Source: Escherichia phage Esco_phi_B-01
Reading direction: 5' to 3' (one strand)
DNA: 64,000 bases
Sequence record: OP292222.1
Made by a program: the position numbers and the translations under genes. The notes under the pieces were generated by a model. It made no database searches. It worked only from the letters and a program-made list of their open reading frames with translations, and had not been told where the DNA came from. Positions 1 through 9,856 of the stretch are shown here, piece by piece (positions within the stretch are counted from its first letter, which is position 1; each line of letters starts with the position of its first letter).

Positions 1-7
1 GTATTCT

Positions 8-631
8 TTGGATAAAGCATTACAAAATGCCCACGAAAATGAAACTATCGAATATAAATCAATCAACGGAAAGATTAGTGGAATCGGTCTTTACGAGCAG
101 CTTTGGAATAACCGCGGCCCTAATAGTGTTCTTCTTATTGATGATGTTGATGTATTCTCTGACATGGATATCCTGAACCTTCTGAAAGCCGCATTGGATA
201 CCGGTGAGAAACGTAAGGTGTGCTGGAGCACTTCAAGTTCTTATCTCGATGATAAAAATATCGATAAAGAATTCGAATACGAAGGCACCATCGTGTTCAT
301 CACCAACGTTGATATTGACCGTGAATTAGAGCGTGGAACTAAACTTGCTCCACACCTCCAAGCTTTAGTATCTCGTTCAGTTTACTTAGACCTCGGAGTT
401 CACTCGAATGAAGAGATTATGGTTCGTGTTGAAGACGTTATCCTGTCCACTGATATGATGCAAAACCGAGGTCTGACTGATGCTGAGACTTATCAAGCTC
501 TAGCATGGATGAAGGCCAATGTATCTCGTCTTCGTAACGTATCATTACGCACGGCTCTTTACCTGGCGGACTTCATTGCCACCGATAAAAATGACTGGAG
601 CGAAATCGCTGAAGTTACACTTCTGAAATAA
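8..631 (+). CDS. hypothetical protein, probably 5'-truncated by window edge (frame open to position 2; hhhhDD Walker-B-like motif LLIDDVDVF)
   Basis: ORF track; no in-frame stop upstream of position 8; motif reading only. Confidence 0.5.
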   Translation: MDKALQNAHENETIEYKSINGKISGIGLYEQLWNNRGPNSVLLIDDVDVFSDMDILNLLKAALDTGEKRKVCWSTSSSYLDDKNIDKEFEYEGTIVFITNVDIDRELERGTKLAPHLQALVSRSVYLDLGVHSNEEIMVRVEDVILSTDMMQNRGLTDAETYQALAWMKANVSRLRNVSLRTALYLADFIATDKNDWSEIAEVTLLK

Positions 632-641
632 AGGTGAAATT

Positions 642-983
642 ATGTTCGAACAATTTAGTTATGACCTTATAAAAGCAGAGTTGAAATACTCTAATGCCAT
701 GAAACAGTCTATTGAAGACTATGATAATGAATTTAAACACCAATTCGCCGAGAAGGTTTACAAAACCGATTGTGAAGAAGGAGACTACAAGAGACTGGCC
801 TTGGCCGCGAAGACCCAAGCCTTAATAAATCTAGACCGTAAGCAGGTTAAGTTGGCAGGCGACTTCAGAGATGAACTCTGCGCCATCAGGAACGAATACC
901 TTATTCGTATTAAACACCAACGTAAAGAGAATACCCAATCCGCTTGGTTTAGTGGGCAAGCCGGTGAAAAAAGTTTTTATTAG
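642..983 (+). CDS. hypothetical protein (113 aa)
   Basis: ORF with SD aaggtga 6 nt upstream of ATG; packed co-directionally. Confidence 0.5.
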   Translation: MFEQFSYDLIKAELKYSNAMKQSIEDYDNEFKHQFAEKVYKTDCEEGDYKRLALAAKTQALINLDRKQVKLAGDFRDELCAIRNEYLIRIKHQRKENTQSAWFSGQAGEKSFY

Positions 984-985
984 TT

Positions 986-1014
986 GTTTACATCTCCAGT
1001 AGAAATGATACTAT
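986..1014 (+). promoter_or_regulatory. early promoter, PeSL-like cassette (-35 GTTTAC, 17-bp spacer, -10 TACTAT) embedded in inverted repeat ctccagtag/ctactggag
   Basis: sequence motif; member of repeated family with core ATGATACTATAGAC(C/A)TATCAACTA. Confidence 0.6.
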
Positions 1015-1040
1015 AGACATATCAACTACTGGAGGTTATC

Positions 1041-1565
1041 ATGAACGCTAAAGATATTTTTTCACTGATTAATTTTAACAATGGTAATTTCAAATCTGAA
1101 AAACAAAGCAAGTTCTTTAACGACGTTGCTTGTGGTAATGAGATTACCGTATCTGGAGGAGAGATTTACAAAAGCCGTTGGAACTGGATTGCTATCATCG
1201 ATTCAGTTGGTATTGTAGAGCTCTATAAAAACACCAACAAAAAACGTACTCTTCACTGGAGTCGTGAAACCAACCAAGCTTATCAAGCTGAGCGTAATAA
1301 ACGTTTAATGCCTACCGAATCTGACCTGGCAAACGTTAAATCAGATATCGCTTATTTTGATAATCTGATTGCCGAACAACAAGCGGTTATTGATAAGTTT
1401 GACGAAATCAAAGCTTGTAAAGAGATTCCTGAATTCATGCGGGAATCAGTAAACGAACAATACGCCCTCACTTCAGGTCGTATCGAGCAGTACAAATCAC
1501 AACGAGCTGAACGCCAAGCTCTGCTTCAGAAATTTGAAGAGCGTTTAAAGACGGTTCTCGCATAA
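1041..1565 (+). CDS. hypothetical protein (174 aa) with C-terminal coiled-coil-like tail
   Basis: ORF directly downstream of PeSL promoter and SD ggagg. Confidence 0.6.
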   Translation: MNAKDIFSLINFNNGNFKSEKQSKFFNDVACGNEITVSGGEIYKSRWNWIAIIDSVGIVELYKNTNKKRTLHWSRETNQAYQAERNKRLMPTESDLANVKSDIAYFDNLIAEQQAVIDKFDEIKACKEIPEFMRESVNEQYALTSGRIEQYKSQRAERQALLQKFEERLKTVLA

Positions 1566-1628
1566 ACGCTTTATACCAAGGATGGTATAATGGTTCTAGG
1601 TTCTTAATTACTTACTGAGGAAATTATT

Positions 1629-2474
1629 ATGTCACAAGCAATTAATCAAATTCGTTCTGAAGTTAAAAAAGTTGTTAAATTTGGTCGTATTCCGAGTTCT
1701 AAAGAAGTGGTTGAAAAGGTCCTATATATGATGTGGGACAAGTTCAATGTTTGTACTGTTAAAGATGACTTCACTAAAATCTTTGACAAGACTAAAGGTT
1801 CGTTTACGTTAGAAGACCGAGTCATGAAAACTCTTCGTAAAACGGGTATGTTGTCTCGTGCTAATGCCAAAATTATTCTTAAAAATTATAACAAAGGCTA
1901 CGACCTTTATGGTCGTTTAATCCCGGCGATGACATTTGATGAAGTTGTTAAAGACCTTAATACTAATCAACGTCGTCTACTGGCCCTTGGTGCTCGCCTT
2001 GCAAAAGGTCAAGATAAACAAATGACCTTTAAGACTAACGGTTCAGGTGATTGGATTATCTTTAATATTGTTAATCATCCAAGAAATGAAAACGAGTATA
2101 CTATTTCCCATTACAGTGGGTGTCAATACGACAACTGGAAGTTCCATCTGCGCTTGGCCCTGTCTGAATTAGAACAACACGGTGTTCTTAGTTTTGGTGA
2201 TGCTGAAACTGGAGTAGGCCAACGTATTAAACTTTATAAAATTAAAGACCTGGCTGAAGAGCATTCAGAACAAGCTCCTAAAATGGAACCTGTACCAGTG
2301 CGCAGCAATGAGAAACATCAAGCCCAAATCGAGTATTTTAGCAATTTGCTTACTTGCTTGAATGTTACAATCCAACAACAAGATGATGAGATTTTCCGAC
2401 TCTCCGGTCTGAATGCCAAAGCTAAGGCTGAACGACAAAAATATATCGATATCTTAAATCTTCTTAAGGATTAA
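1629..2474 (+). CDS. hypothetical protein (281 aa); C-terminal segment resembles that of the 1041..1565 product
   Basis: ORF with canonical T4-type RBS ctGAGGAAAttattATG. Confidence 0.6.
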   Translation: MSQAINQIRSEVKKVVKFGRIPSSKEVVEKVLYMMWDKFNVCTVKDDFTKIFDKTKGSFTLEDRVMKTLRKTGMLSRANAKIILKNYNKGYDLYGRLIPAMTFDEVVKDLNTNQRRLLALGARLAKGQDKQMTFKTNGSGDWIIFNIVNHPRNENEYTISHYSGCQYDNWKFHLRLALSELEQHGVLSFGDAETGVGQRIKLYKIKDLAEEHSEQAPKMEPVPVRSNEKHQAQIEYFSNLLTCLNVTIQQQDDEIFRLSGLNAKAKAERQKYIDILNLLKD

Positions 2475-2476
2475 TT

Positions 2477-2677
2477 ATGGAAATCGCAGGTTTTATTCTT
2501 CTGTACCTTGCATTAGGATTCATTACTGTTCTGATTGGCCGCAAACATATGGAAATTAGCTCAGGTAGCGAAGCAGTATTCGCTACCTTTATTTGGCCGG
2601 TGCTTGCTTTATTTGGAATAGTTTCTATTGTGACTTGGCCTTTCGCTAAATTCTATGAAAAATTATTTGGACTTTAA
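2477..2677 (+). CDS. small hydrophobic membrane protein (66 aa)
   Basis: ORF; two predicted hydrophobic helices. Confidence 0.5.
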   Translation: MEIAGFILLYLALGFITVLIGRKHMEISSGSEAVFATFIWPVLALFGIVSIVTWPFAKFYEKLFGL

Positions 2678-2678
2678 T

Positions 2679-3548
2679 ATGAACATTAAAACACGTAAAG
2701 AATACTCTATATACGACCATGACACGACTCGTCGTATCGCTATCGATCGGCTGGCCGACTTTGGTCATATTTGTAATGGTAATTATACTTATGGTGTAGG
2801 CCGTAAAGGGACTTATATTAGTTCTTTGAATGATTATTGCCGTAGCCCAGCTCATTTATTTGGTGCAACACTACGAGCTAATATTAAAGACCTCTTGGCT
2901 ACTGCAGGACGTATTTCTACGGTTCCTGTTAATATAAAGAATATTAATTTTACGGCTCGTAACCTAGTCATTAATATTCTGCCTGATGGTATTCAAGTTC
3001 GTTTCCGTCCTACTTCAAAAGGTAATAAGGCTCTTCGTGAAGCATTCGAAACCTTATTCAGAGAAGCAATGACTCGTATTAAGGCCGTAGAATCATATAA
3101 AGTTACAACCGATGAATATGCTGATTGTTCTGGACGGGCTGATGCAGTGTATTTTAATGTTAAACTAACTCGTGAATATCTTTTGTCTTATGCCCCTTAT
3201 CAACCCCAACAAAAGGACCCACAAATGGAACGTCGTATCTCTGCAGTATCATGTGACAGCGTAGGCCAGTATGCAGCCTATGACAAATTCAAAACCACAG
3301 CTGTGCCTAGTCCATTCAATTCAGAACCGTATCATTGGAAAATTAGACCTGATAATTCTTTGGTTGTTACTAACCCTACGATGAAACCTATCGAGAAGTA
3401 TCATGAGGACCACCTCCAGGAATCAATCCACCGTTTAAACGGTCAGATCGAAGATGAGAAAAAGAGTATTCAAGACGTATTGATTCGCATCAAGAATATG
3501 GAAATCCAGCGTGACAAGCTTCGCGCGGCAGTATTAGCTCTAAAATAA
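2679..3548 (+). CDS. hypothetical protein (approx 289 aa)
   Basis: ORF; start chosen at first ATG after upstream stop (track start 2655 overlaps previous gene). Confidence 0.5.
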   Translation: MNIKTRKEYSIYDHDTTRRIAIDRLADFGHICNGNYTYGVGRKGTYISSLNDYCRSPAHLFGATLRANIKDLLATAGRISTVPVNIKNINFTARNLVINILPDGIQVRFRPTSKGNKALREAFETLFREAMTRIKAVESYKVTTDEYADCSGRADAVYFNVKLTREYLLSYAPYQPQQKDPQMERRISAVSCDSVGQYAAYDKFKTTAVPSPFNSEPYHWKIRPDNSLVVTNPTMKPIEKYHEDHLQESIHRLNGQIEDEKKSIQDVLIRIKNMEIQRDKLRAAVLALK

Positions 3549-3549
3549 T

Positions 3550-3579
3550 GTTTACATCCAAGGACGGATGGAGTATAAT
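3550..3579 (+). promoter_or_regulatory. early promoter (GTTTAC ... GAGTATAAT)
   Basis: -35/-10 motifs with 18-bp spacer. Confidence 0.55.
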
Positions 3580-3607
3580 CCTTTTATCAACTACTGAGGA
3601 GAATATC

Positions 3608-4618
3608 ATGACTCGTACTGAATACATCAATGCCTTTACTAAGTATATCACTGACAATACCCCTCCATTAACCCCATATATGGTAATAGTTTCTAATATC
3701 AATAAATGGGTAGACCAAATTGATGATGCATTATCGCGCTGTTTCAAAGCTGAAATAGAAAAGATTGCAGGGCGTTTGTTTATTCCTGATATCGTAGATA
3801 CATTTAAAGGTTCTCGACTGCTTTCTCGACTGGTCAATAAGGACATCCTTTCTGAGTTCGGTAAAGAGAAATATCCGGGTTCTAACCATGTTGTTAGCTA
3901 CAAATGGTTTGGTGATACCATAAAAGATTATGTCAAAATTAAAGGTATGGACCCTAGTAGTTTATTTCCGCAACGTTGGGTTAGCGAATTCAAGGCTAAC
4001 TCTGCATTAATTCTCAAAGCGGCCTCTAAAACTATAGTTTCCGGTGATTGTCGTACTATTCACCCGATGGCTAATTGCATGATTAAAACAAATAGTTATA
4101 AAGGAAAAGCTATTATTTCTGTTATTTGGTCGCCTAATAGGAAACCTAAAGATGATGCGGAAGTTGTAAAGTATCAAGATATTGCTTACGATACCTTGAA
4201 TACTATCGAACAAGCCTTAGCTTTGATGGATACAGTAGAGAAATATGAGACCCAAGAAGTTAAACACCACTTAGGCTGGAAAGGATATGAAGTTTTAGTA
4301 ACAGTTCGCGAAATCAAATGGCCTGTTCCAAAAACTGACGCTGAAATTTACCAAGAAAAATGTGAGGAAATTGTGAATACTGATAAAGAGCCTGCTACAT
4401 TAGAAGACTTGATTAACGACTTGAACAGCCCTATCATGGCCCATACACCAATTACTAAATCCAAGTTACCGGAAATCGTTGCCTTAGAAAAAGCGTATAA
4501 AGATGCCCTTGCTATCAACAAAAAACTGACCGGACAATATACCGCTGCCAAGAAACTTTGGGAAGAGTCTACCAATCGTTTAGACCGTCTTGAACAGGCT
4601 CTGGAGCTGTTGAAATGA
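3608..4618 (+). CDS. hypothetical protein (336 aa)
   Basis: ORF; start at ATG preceded by ctGAGGAGaatatc; track start 3548 lies inside promoter. Confidence 0.6.
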   Translation: MTRTEYINAFTKYITDNTPPLTPYMVIVSNINKWVDQIDDALSRCFKAEIEKIAGRLFIPDIVDTFKGSRLLSRLVNKDILSEFGKEKYPGSNHVVSYKWFGDTIKDYVKIKGMDPSSLFPQRWVSEFKANSALILKAASKTIVSGDCRTIHPMANCMIKTNSYKGKAIISVIWSPNRKPKDDAEVVKYQDIAYDTLNTIEQALALMDTVEKYETQEVKHHLGWKGYEVLVTVREIKWPVPKTDAEIYQEKCEEIVNTDKEPATLEDLINDLNSPIMAHTPITKSKLPEIVALEKAYKDALAINKKLTGQYTAAKKLWEESTNRLDRLEQALELLK

Positions 4619-4926
4619 AACAGCGTTTAGCTGAAGATATTGCTTCAGCATCTAATACCGGTTTATTGAAATTTATTAAAGCCGAGGATGTTGAAGTTGA
4701 ATTGGTTGGTAAAATTCATGGTTGTGATGATTATGGTGATGCCGTTAATTGGGATGCAGTAATGGCTATGGTCGCACGACGAGAACAAGCTTCTAAGAAT
4801 GTTCCTAACTGTCCTAAGTGTGGCACAGAACAGGTTCAATTGGTCCATTGGCAAACCAGTAATCTTCGATATAAATGCCGCCATTGCAAACACAAATTTG
4901 AGCGAGACGAAAATGGCAAAGCGTAA
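4615..4926 (+). CDS. zinc-ribbon protein (CPKCG ... CRHCKHKF)
   Basis: ORF; paired CxxC motifs near C-terminus. Confidence 0.55.
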   Translation: MKQRLAEDIASASNTGLLKFIKAEDVEVELVGKIHGCDDYGDAVNWDAVMAMVARREQASKNVPNCPKCGTEQVQLVHWQTSNLRYKCRHCKHKFERDENGKA

Positions 4927-5149
4927 AGAATATGTAGAGGCTGCCGATAAGGCAGTCCGCGAACTTACTCTGGCTTATTATAAAGAGCATGGTAAATTTC
5001 CGGACAGTTATTCAGTATTGAAATCTGCTTTAACTCGTTCGTATAATAATATACTATCTGATGTGTATGATTTAAAATACGAACACCTAGAAAAATATGG
5101 AACAGAACTTGACCGTTCTGAAGCATTCAAACAAGTATTAGGAATTTAA
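4913..5149 (+). CDS. hypothetical protein (78 aa)
   Basis: internal ATG of track ORF 4799..5149; overlaps end of upstream gene. Confidence 0.4.
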   Translation: MAKRKEYVEAADKAVRELTLAYYKEHGKFPDSYSVLKSALTRSYNNILSDVYDLKYEHLEKYGTELDRSEAFKQVLGI

Positions 5150-5150
5150 A

Positions 5151-5414
5151 ATGTTTAAAGTTTATGGGTACGATTCAAATATTCACCGTTGTGTTTTCTG
5201 TGATAATGCCAAACGTCTACTTGATGTTAAGAAGCAACCTTACGAATTCATTAACGTGATGCCGGAAAAAGGTGTATTTGATGATGAGAAGATTGCTGAA
5301 CTCTTGGCTGCTCTTGGACGTGAGTCTCAAGTAGGTTTGACCATGCCCCAGGTATTTGCTCCAGACGGAACTTCTATTGGCGGCTTTGACCAACTGCGAG
5401 CATATTTCAAATGA
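5151..5414 (+). CDS. nrdC: NrdC-type thioredoxin/glutaredoxin
   Basis: near-identity recalled to T4 NrdC N-terminus (MFKVYGYDSNIH.C..CDNAKRLL); CxxC active site. Confidence 0.9.
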   Translation: MFKVYGYDSNIHRCVFCDNAKRLLDVKKQPYEFINVMPEKGVFDDEKIAELLAALGRESQVGLTMPQVFAPDGTSIGGFDQLRAYFK

Positions 5415-5567
5415 TTGAATTATCGTTGGGTGTTTTGTATCTTATCATCGGTATTGGTTATGCTAGACCCTAGCTAAATTAGATGATTCCGGTGACTTTT
5501 GTTGGTGGCTGACGTCTATGATTTGTTGGCCTTTATTTCTGGTTGGTGCTTCATTCTGGAACTTTAA

Positions 5568-5876
5568 ATGATTGAATTAAATGAACAGACCATTTTTCTA
5601 GGTGATGGCACTGAAGATGACCTAGAATATAAACTATATGAATATATGGTTTGGCTGGCTAAAGCAGAAGGTATAGACTTTGTTGTAGCTCACCCATATG
5701 GCGAGAACACCGTTGTAATTGGTGGCGTTGCTTATGAAGTCCAATGGCAATACGTCGGGCTCGAATCCGAAGAATTTGAAGAAGATGAGCATGGTGATTG
5801 GCATCCAGTTGGCCCTTGGTATTGGGAAAACGGCGAGCCTGATTTTGAAGTAATTAGTTGGTGGCGTGACCATTAA
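5568..5876 (+). CDS. hypothetical acidic protein (102 aa)
   Basis: ORF. Confidence 0.45.
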   Translation: MIELNEQTIFLGDGTEDDLEYKLYEYMVWLAKAEGIDFVVAHPYGENTVVIGGVAYEVQWQYVGLESEEFEEDEHGDWHPVGPWYWENGEPDFEVISWWRDH

Positions 5877-6165
5877 GCCATGGTATGTCGCTCGGTGGGA
5901 AACTACCGAGCCAGAGGAACCAGTTTACAACGATTCCGAAATAGATTATAATGAACCTTCAAACAATGATTTAATCGATATGGAGTTTGGATATGAGTAC
6001 CAAAATTGAAGTTGGCCGTCATAAAGGCCGTCTGATTGAACATTCTCTTTACGAGTTATCGGATTCGGGTTCTTTACCTGACCTAGAGTCCGATTTGATT
6101 AAAGCTGCAGCCGATTATATTCATTGGCTTGAAGCTCAACTCCGCTTTTCTGATGAGGCCTTCTG

Positions 6166-6468
6166 ATGAATTTATTTGAATTTGAAGGTAAAACTGTTCG
6201 TATTACTAAAGAAGATGTCGACCATTATGTTGACTGGCCTGAATTAAACGGCAATCGCGGTTTTGAGTCAGGCGAGCTCTGTGAAGGTGCTGAAGTTAAA
6301 ATCTTGAAGGTGGAGATTTCTCCGTGGGGCAATCCTGAAATCATTGGCGTAACTGCTATCGAATTCAATGGTAAGGTATACGAATACACTAAAGAAATGT
6401 TTGAAGATACTAAAGCTTCATTCTGGTGTTTTTGGACTAACGATGATAATGAATTTGAGGTCGCATGA
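6166..6468 (+). CDS. hypothetical protein (100 aa)
   Basis: ORF, ATGA overlap with next gene. Confidence 0.5.
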   Translation: MNLFEFEGKTVRITKEDVDHYVDWPELNGNRGFESGELCEGAEVKILKVEISPWGNPEIIGVTAIEFNGKVYEYTKEMFEDTKASFWCFWTNDDNEFEVA

Positions 6469-6650
6469 AAACTGTATTAGTCTATACTGAAAAGTTAAAT
6501 GGTGACAAGGTCTGGAAACTTCTTATCAAAGGAAGTCCTAATGACCAGTTTATGGCTACCTGCGTAGGATTATACACTCGTCCTACCAAAAAGATGATTC
6601 GTCAATTTAAACGGTTACACCGTATGTTTTACGGTACATTTGAAAAATAA
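6465..6650 (+). CDS. hypothetical basic protein (61 aa)
   Basis: ORF. Confidence 0.4.
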   Translation: MKTVLVYTEKLNGDKVWKLLIKGSPNDQFMATCVGLYTRPTKKMIRQFKRLHRMFYGTFEK

Positions 6651-6685
6651 TAAATACCCTTATCTAATAATGGTAAGGGTTTATT

Positions 6686-7159
6686 ATGTTGTTGACCGGC
6701 AAATTATACAAAGAAGAAAAACAAAAACTTTATGATGCACAATGTGGTAAGTGTTTGATTTGTAAACGTGAATTAAACCCTGATGTTCAAAGTAACCACC
6801 TTGACCACGACCATGAATTGAGCGGGCCAAAAGCCGGTAAGGTTCGTGGTTTACTATGTAACCTGTGCAATGCTGCAGAAGGACAAATGAAGCATAAGTT
6901 CAACCGTTCTGGTCTTAAAGGTCAAAACGTTGACTACCTCGAATGGTTAGAGAATTTGCTGGTCTATCTGAAATCTGATTACACTGAAAACAATATCCAT
7001 CCTAATTTCGTTCCTGATAAAACCAAAGAGTTCAGTAGATTAGGTAAGGAAGAAATGATTGCTGAAATGCTTTCACATGGAATGACTTATAATGAATCTG
7101 ACACAAAGAAACAAATGGTCGATTCATTTAAAAAACAACTGAGGAAATCGCTTAAATGA
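6686..7159 (+). CDS. 49: recombination endonuclease VII (Holliday junction resolvase)
   Basis: near-identity recalled to T4 gp49 (MLLTGKLYKEEKQK..., zinc site CxxC/HLDHDH/CNLCN). Confidence 0.92.
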   Translation: MLLTGKLYKEEKQKLYDAQCGKCLICKRELNPDVQSNHLDHDHELSGPKAGKVRGLLCNLCNAAEGQMKHKFNRSGLKGQNVDYLEWLENLLVYLKSDYTENNIHPNFVPDKTKEFSRLGKEEMIAEMLSHGMTYNESDTKKQMVDSFKKQLRKSLK

Positions 7160-7253
7160 TTAATTTTTATGCCTTAACCGAATCTATGAATGATATTATC
7201 CGGCGCATGGGTGTTGAGTATCCTGCCCAATGGTTATTTGTTGTAACTAATAC

Positions 7254-7481
7254 ATGGACTATCGTATGAATAAATTTCGTAATGCTGCTTCTGATATCCT
7301 GGCCAATATTACATTTGTCCTGTTTATTGTGTGCCTTTTAATCCTGGTTATCCCATTTGGATTGCTGTTTGTGATGATTGGTGCGCTGAGTACTGAAAAG
7401 GGTCTTGAAGGGTCTGAGTTCGAAAAACGAATCCAGTCTGTTCATAGTGTTATTTCTAAAATGTTGAAGGTGAAAGAATGA
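7254..7481 (+). CDS. small membrane protein (75 aa)
   Basis: ORF with long hydrophobic segment. Confidence 0.45.
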   Translation: MDYRMNKFRNAASDILANITFVLFIVCLLILVIPFGLLFVMIGALSTEKGLEGSEFEKRIQSVHSVISKMLKVKE

Positions 7482-7774
7482 AACGTTTTGAAGAGTATGT
7501 AGCTACTGATTGGGCTGCTTGGGACAAGTTTGGCCAAGAATGGTACTTCCATGACTGTGACCTGAACCCAGAATTCTTTAAAGATAAGGAAGATGACCTT
7601 AAAGATATCTATGCTCTTTCAGAGATTCACGGTATTAAACCTACCGTCTACTTCTCTTTTGATGATACTGGGTTCCTTATCCAGATTTACATCCCGTATG
7701 GAACTAATGAAGACGAAGTTATCAAAACTTGGGACTACCAAGGAGTTATTTCCTGTGGACCAAAAGTTAACTAA
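7478..7774 (+). CDS. hypothetical protein (98 aa)
   Basis: ORF, ATGA overlap. Confidence 0.5.
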   Translation: MKRFEEYVATDWAAWDKFGQEWYFHDCDLNPEFFKDKEDDLKDIYALSEIHGIKPTVYFSFDDTGFLIQIYIPYGTNEDEVIKTWDYQGVISCGPKVN

Positions 7775-8072
7775 AATTGAGATTTACGGTATCCCTGAGA
7801 CGGTCATGCGCTGTCCAGGGTGCATTGCAGTTCTATCGCTCCTAAATTCCCTTTCTATCCCACATACTTTCTATCCTGTGATTAACCAGACGCCGTCAGG
7901 CGCAGTATATGATAAGCCTCTTATAGTATCATTGGCCAAACGTGCTGGCTTCAAGAGCTTAGCTATACGCTATCCTGTAATCTTTGTTGATAATAAGAAA
8001 ATAGAAAATATTCCTGCCTTCAAATCCCTTTTGATTGAGCTTGGCTATGACCGAGATTTAATTGAAGATTAG
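7755..8072 (+). CDS. thioredoxin-fold redoxin-like protein (beta strand KIEIYG followed by CPGC)
   Basis: CxxC motif after first beta strand; start (GTG 7755) uncertain. Confidence 0.4.
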   Translation: MDQKLTKIEIYGIPETVMRCPGCIAVLSLLNSLSIPHTFYPVINQTPSGAVYDKPLIVSLAKRAGFKSLAIRYPVIFVDNKKIENIPAFKSLLIELGYDRDLIED

Positions 8073-8073
8073 T

Positions 8074-8102
8074 GTTTACTTCCTCTCCTCACGTGTTATA
8101 GT
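8074..8102 (+). promoter_or_regulatory. early promoter, PeSL-like (GTTTAC ... TATAGT) within inverted repeat ctcctcacgtg/cacatgaggag
   Basis: motif. Confidence 0.6.
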
Positions 8103-8131
8103 CTATCCTATCAACACATGAGGAGAACATT

Positions 8132-8308
8132 ATGACTATCCAAGATAAAGAAATTAAAGTCAACCAGTATTATTCAATCAACGGCAAAGCTGTTCTAGTA
8201 ACTGAAATATCTAGCCTGGACGTGTGGTATACCATAATCGACCTTAATATTAAAATGATTTGTGACCGTGGTGTATTTTGTTCGATAGCTAAGGAAATTA
8301 AATTATGA
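8132..8308 (+). CDS. hypothetical protein (58 aa)
   Basis: ORF after PeSL promoter with SD gaggag. Confidence 0.45.
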   Translation: MTIQDKEIKVNQYYSINGKAVLVTEISSLDVWYTIIDLNIKMICDRGVFCSIAKEIKL

Positions 8309-8559
8309 GCCTGAAATTGCATTCAATGAAAAATGTCGTCACCCTTAATCTGGATGATGAGCGCCTAATTTTTCTCACCGTCACTGATAAGAATATTGAA
8401 ATTGCAAATGGTCCTAAGACTTATTGCTGCCCAGTGAAGAATTGGAAGCATGTAACCTTTTTGACCCTGGCCGACCGTCTGAAAGACCTTAAGTTGGATT
8501 TGGATATCAAAGATATCCAGTACATTAAAAACCTTATTGGATACAAACTGTTGAGGTAA
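8305..8559 (+). CDS. hypothetical protein (84 aa)
   Basis: ORF. Confidence 0.5.
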   Translation: MSLKLHSMKNVVTLNLDDERLIFLTVTDKNIEIANGPKTYCCPVKNWKHVTFLTLADRLKDLKLDLDIKDIQYIKNLIGYKLLR

Positions 8560-8561
8560 CT

Positions 8562-8855
8562 ATGGGTAAAACTATCCGTCGTAAAGAATTGCCATCTAGA
8601 GATTTTAATTGCATTGCTAGACGTAAAGCACCTGATGGCGTATCGGAAGAAACTTTGAATGAAAATATCTTCCGGTCAGATAAATGGAAACGCTTTAGCG
8701 GTGTTGATTCTGAAGTTAAGAATGAAATGAATCGCCAACTTCGTAAAGAAGTGAGAAAGCTGAAAAAAGATGTTTACAACGACGATGAACCTGATTACAA
8801 TACTTCTCATCGAGTTGCAAAACGTAAATCAAACGAGTGCTATCGTTACAGCTGA
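8562..8855 (+). CDS. hypothetical basic protein (97 aa)
   Basis: ORF. Confidence 0.5.
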   Translation: MGKTIRRKELPSRDFNCIARRKAPDGVSEETLNENIFRSDKWKRFSGVDSEVKNEMNRQLRKEVRKLKKDVYNDDEPDYNTSHRVAKRKSNECYRYS

Positions 8856-8862
8856 GGAAAAT

Positions 8863-8994
8863 ATGAATATCAAACGTATGCTTTTTAAACAAGGATTATA
8901 CACCTTAAATGTTGCTCCAAAAGGCGATACGACTAAGTGGTCAGTAAATGACTGGATTAAATTTATTGATGAAAACGGCAACTGGAAAATTTAA
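8863..8994 (+). CDS. hypothetical small protein (43 aa)
   Basis: internal ATG with SD ctgaggaaaat. Confidence 0.35.
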   Translation: MNIKRMLFKQGLYTLNVAPKGDTTKWSVNDWIKFIDENGNWKI

Positions 8995-9195
8995 ATGAAT
9001 CCTGAATCTAAATTATCACAACGAATTGCTGAAGCCCGTCGTCAGTTCTTTGAAAATATGGTAGCTCAAGGTATTGATGACGAAGTTTTTCTAAACTGGT
9101 TTTGGAATAACAAATATTCAAAATGCGCAGGAGCAATATTAATATCAGCCGCCGCGATGTATGAAGGTTGGAAAGGTGCATTAGCACAAAAATAG
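8995..9195 (+). CDS. hypothetical protein (66 aa)
   Basis: ORF. Confidence 0.45.
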   Translation: MNPESKLSQRIAEARRQFFENMVAQGIDDEVFLNWFWNNKYSKCAGAILISAAAMYEGWKGALAQK

Positions 9196-9223
9196 TTTAC
9201 AAACTCTTGGGACCAGAGTATAA
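9195..9223 (+). promoter_or_regulatory. early promoter (GTTTAC, 17 bp, TATAAT)
   Basis: motif. Confidence 0.6.
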
Positions 9224-9263
9224 TGGTCCTACGGATTATAAATTTTAAACTGAGGAAATTATT

Positions 9264-9593
9264 ATGTCACAAGCTATTAAAAACGTACTGAACTCTTTCG
9301 CTTTCGATAAAGTTAATGAACTGATGAAAACTGGCTTTGTAACTCCTCAGGTTCTTGACCAATGGGTTGCTGAACTGTTACCAATTATGCATTCTAAAGA
9401 CCAAAAAATCGGTAAGAATGGTATTCGTGAAATCCTGGTTCAATATATTCTTGATGAGTTTGATGTTGCTGCCTTCGGTGTTGAATCTAAAGCTTGGCAC
9501 CCAGGTGAAATCACAGACAAAACCATCCGTCGTATGAAGAACCAACGTAAGAAAAAATTCGTTGACCTGAAAATTGTTAAGGCTGCGAAATGA
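9264..9593 (+). CDS. hypothetical protein (109 aa)
   Basis: ORF with RBS ctGAGGAAAttattATG. Confidence 0.6.
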   Translation: MSQAIKNVLNSFAFDKVNELMKTGFVTPQVLDQWVAELLPIMHSKDQKIGKNGIREILVQYILDEFDVAAFGVESKAWHPGEITDKTIRRMKNQRKKKFVDLKIVKAAK

Positions 9594-9856
9594 TTAAAAT
9601 AAAACTCTCTAATTACGATAAAAACTTGGAAATGATTGCTATGAAAGAAGAACTCCTGAATGATGCCCGCTTTACAGGTTATGCAGTCCAATTTAATGGT
9701 GATGGGGCTCTCCAGATTGAAGGTGACCACTTTATTATCGAATATGAATTTAAACGGTACTGGCTATACGCTAAAGATGAAGTTGGCGGTATTGATTACG
9801 TCGATGAGTTTGATAATCTTGATGATGCATTAGAAGGAGCTCGATTCCTACAATGA
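9590..9856 (+). CDS. hypothetical protein (88 aa)
   Basis: ORF, ATGA overlap. Confidence 0.5.
   Translation: MIKIKLSNYDKNLEMIAMKEELLNDARFTGYAVQFNGDGALQIEGDHFIIEYEFKRYWLYAKDEVGGIDYVDEFDNLDDALEGARFLQ

Noticed and set aside
8-631. N-terminal fragment as an AAA+ ATPase
   Set aside because: Only a Walker-B-like hhhhDD motif is visible; Walker A would lie upstream of the window, so the call is not made
7593-8072. Full-length 159-aa track ORF
   Set aside because: N-terminal 54 codons overlap gene 7478..7774 in another frame; a thioredoxin-fold start just before KIEIYG is more plausible, so only 7755..8072 is called
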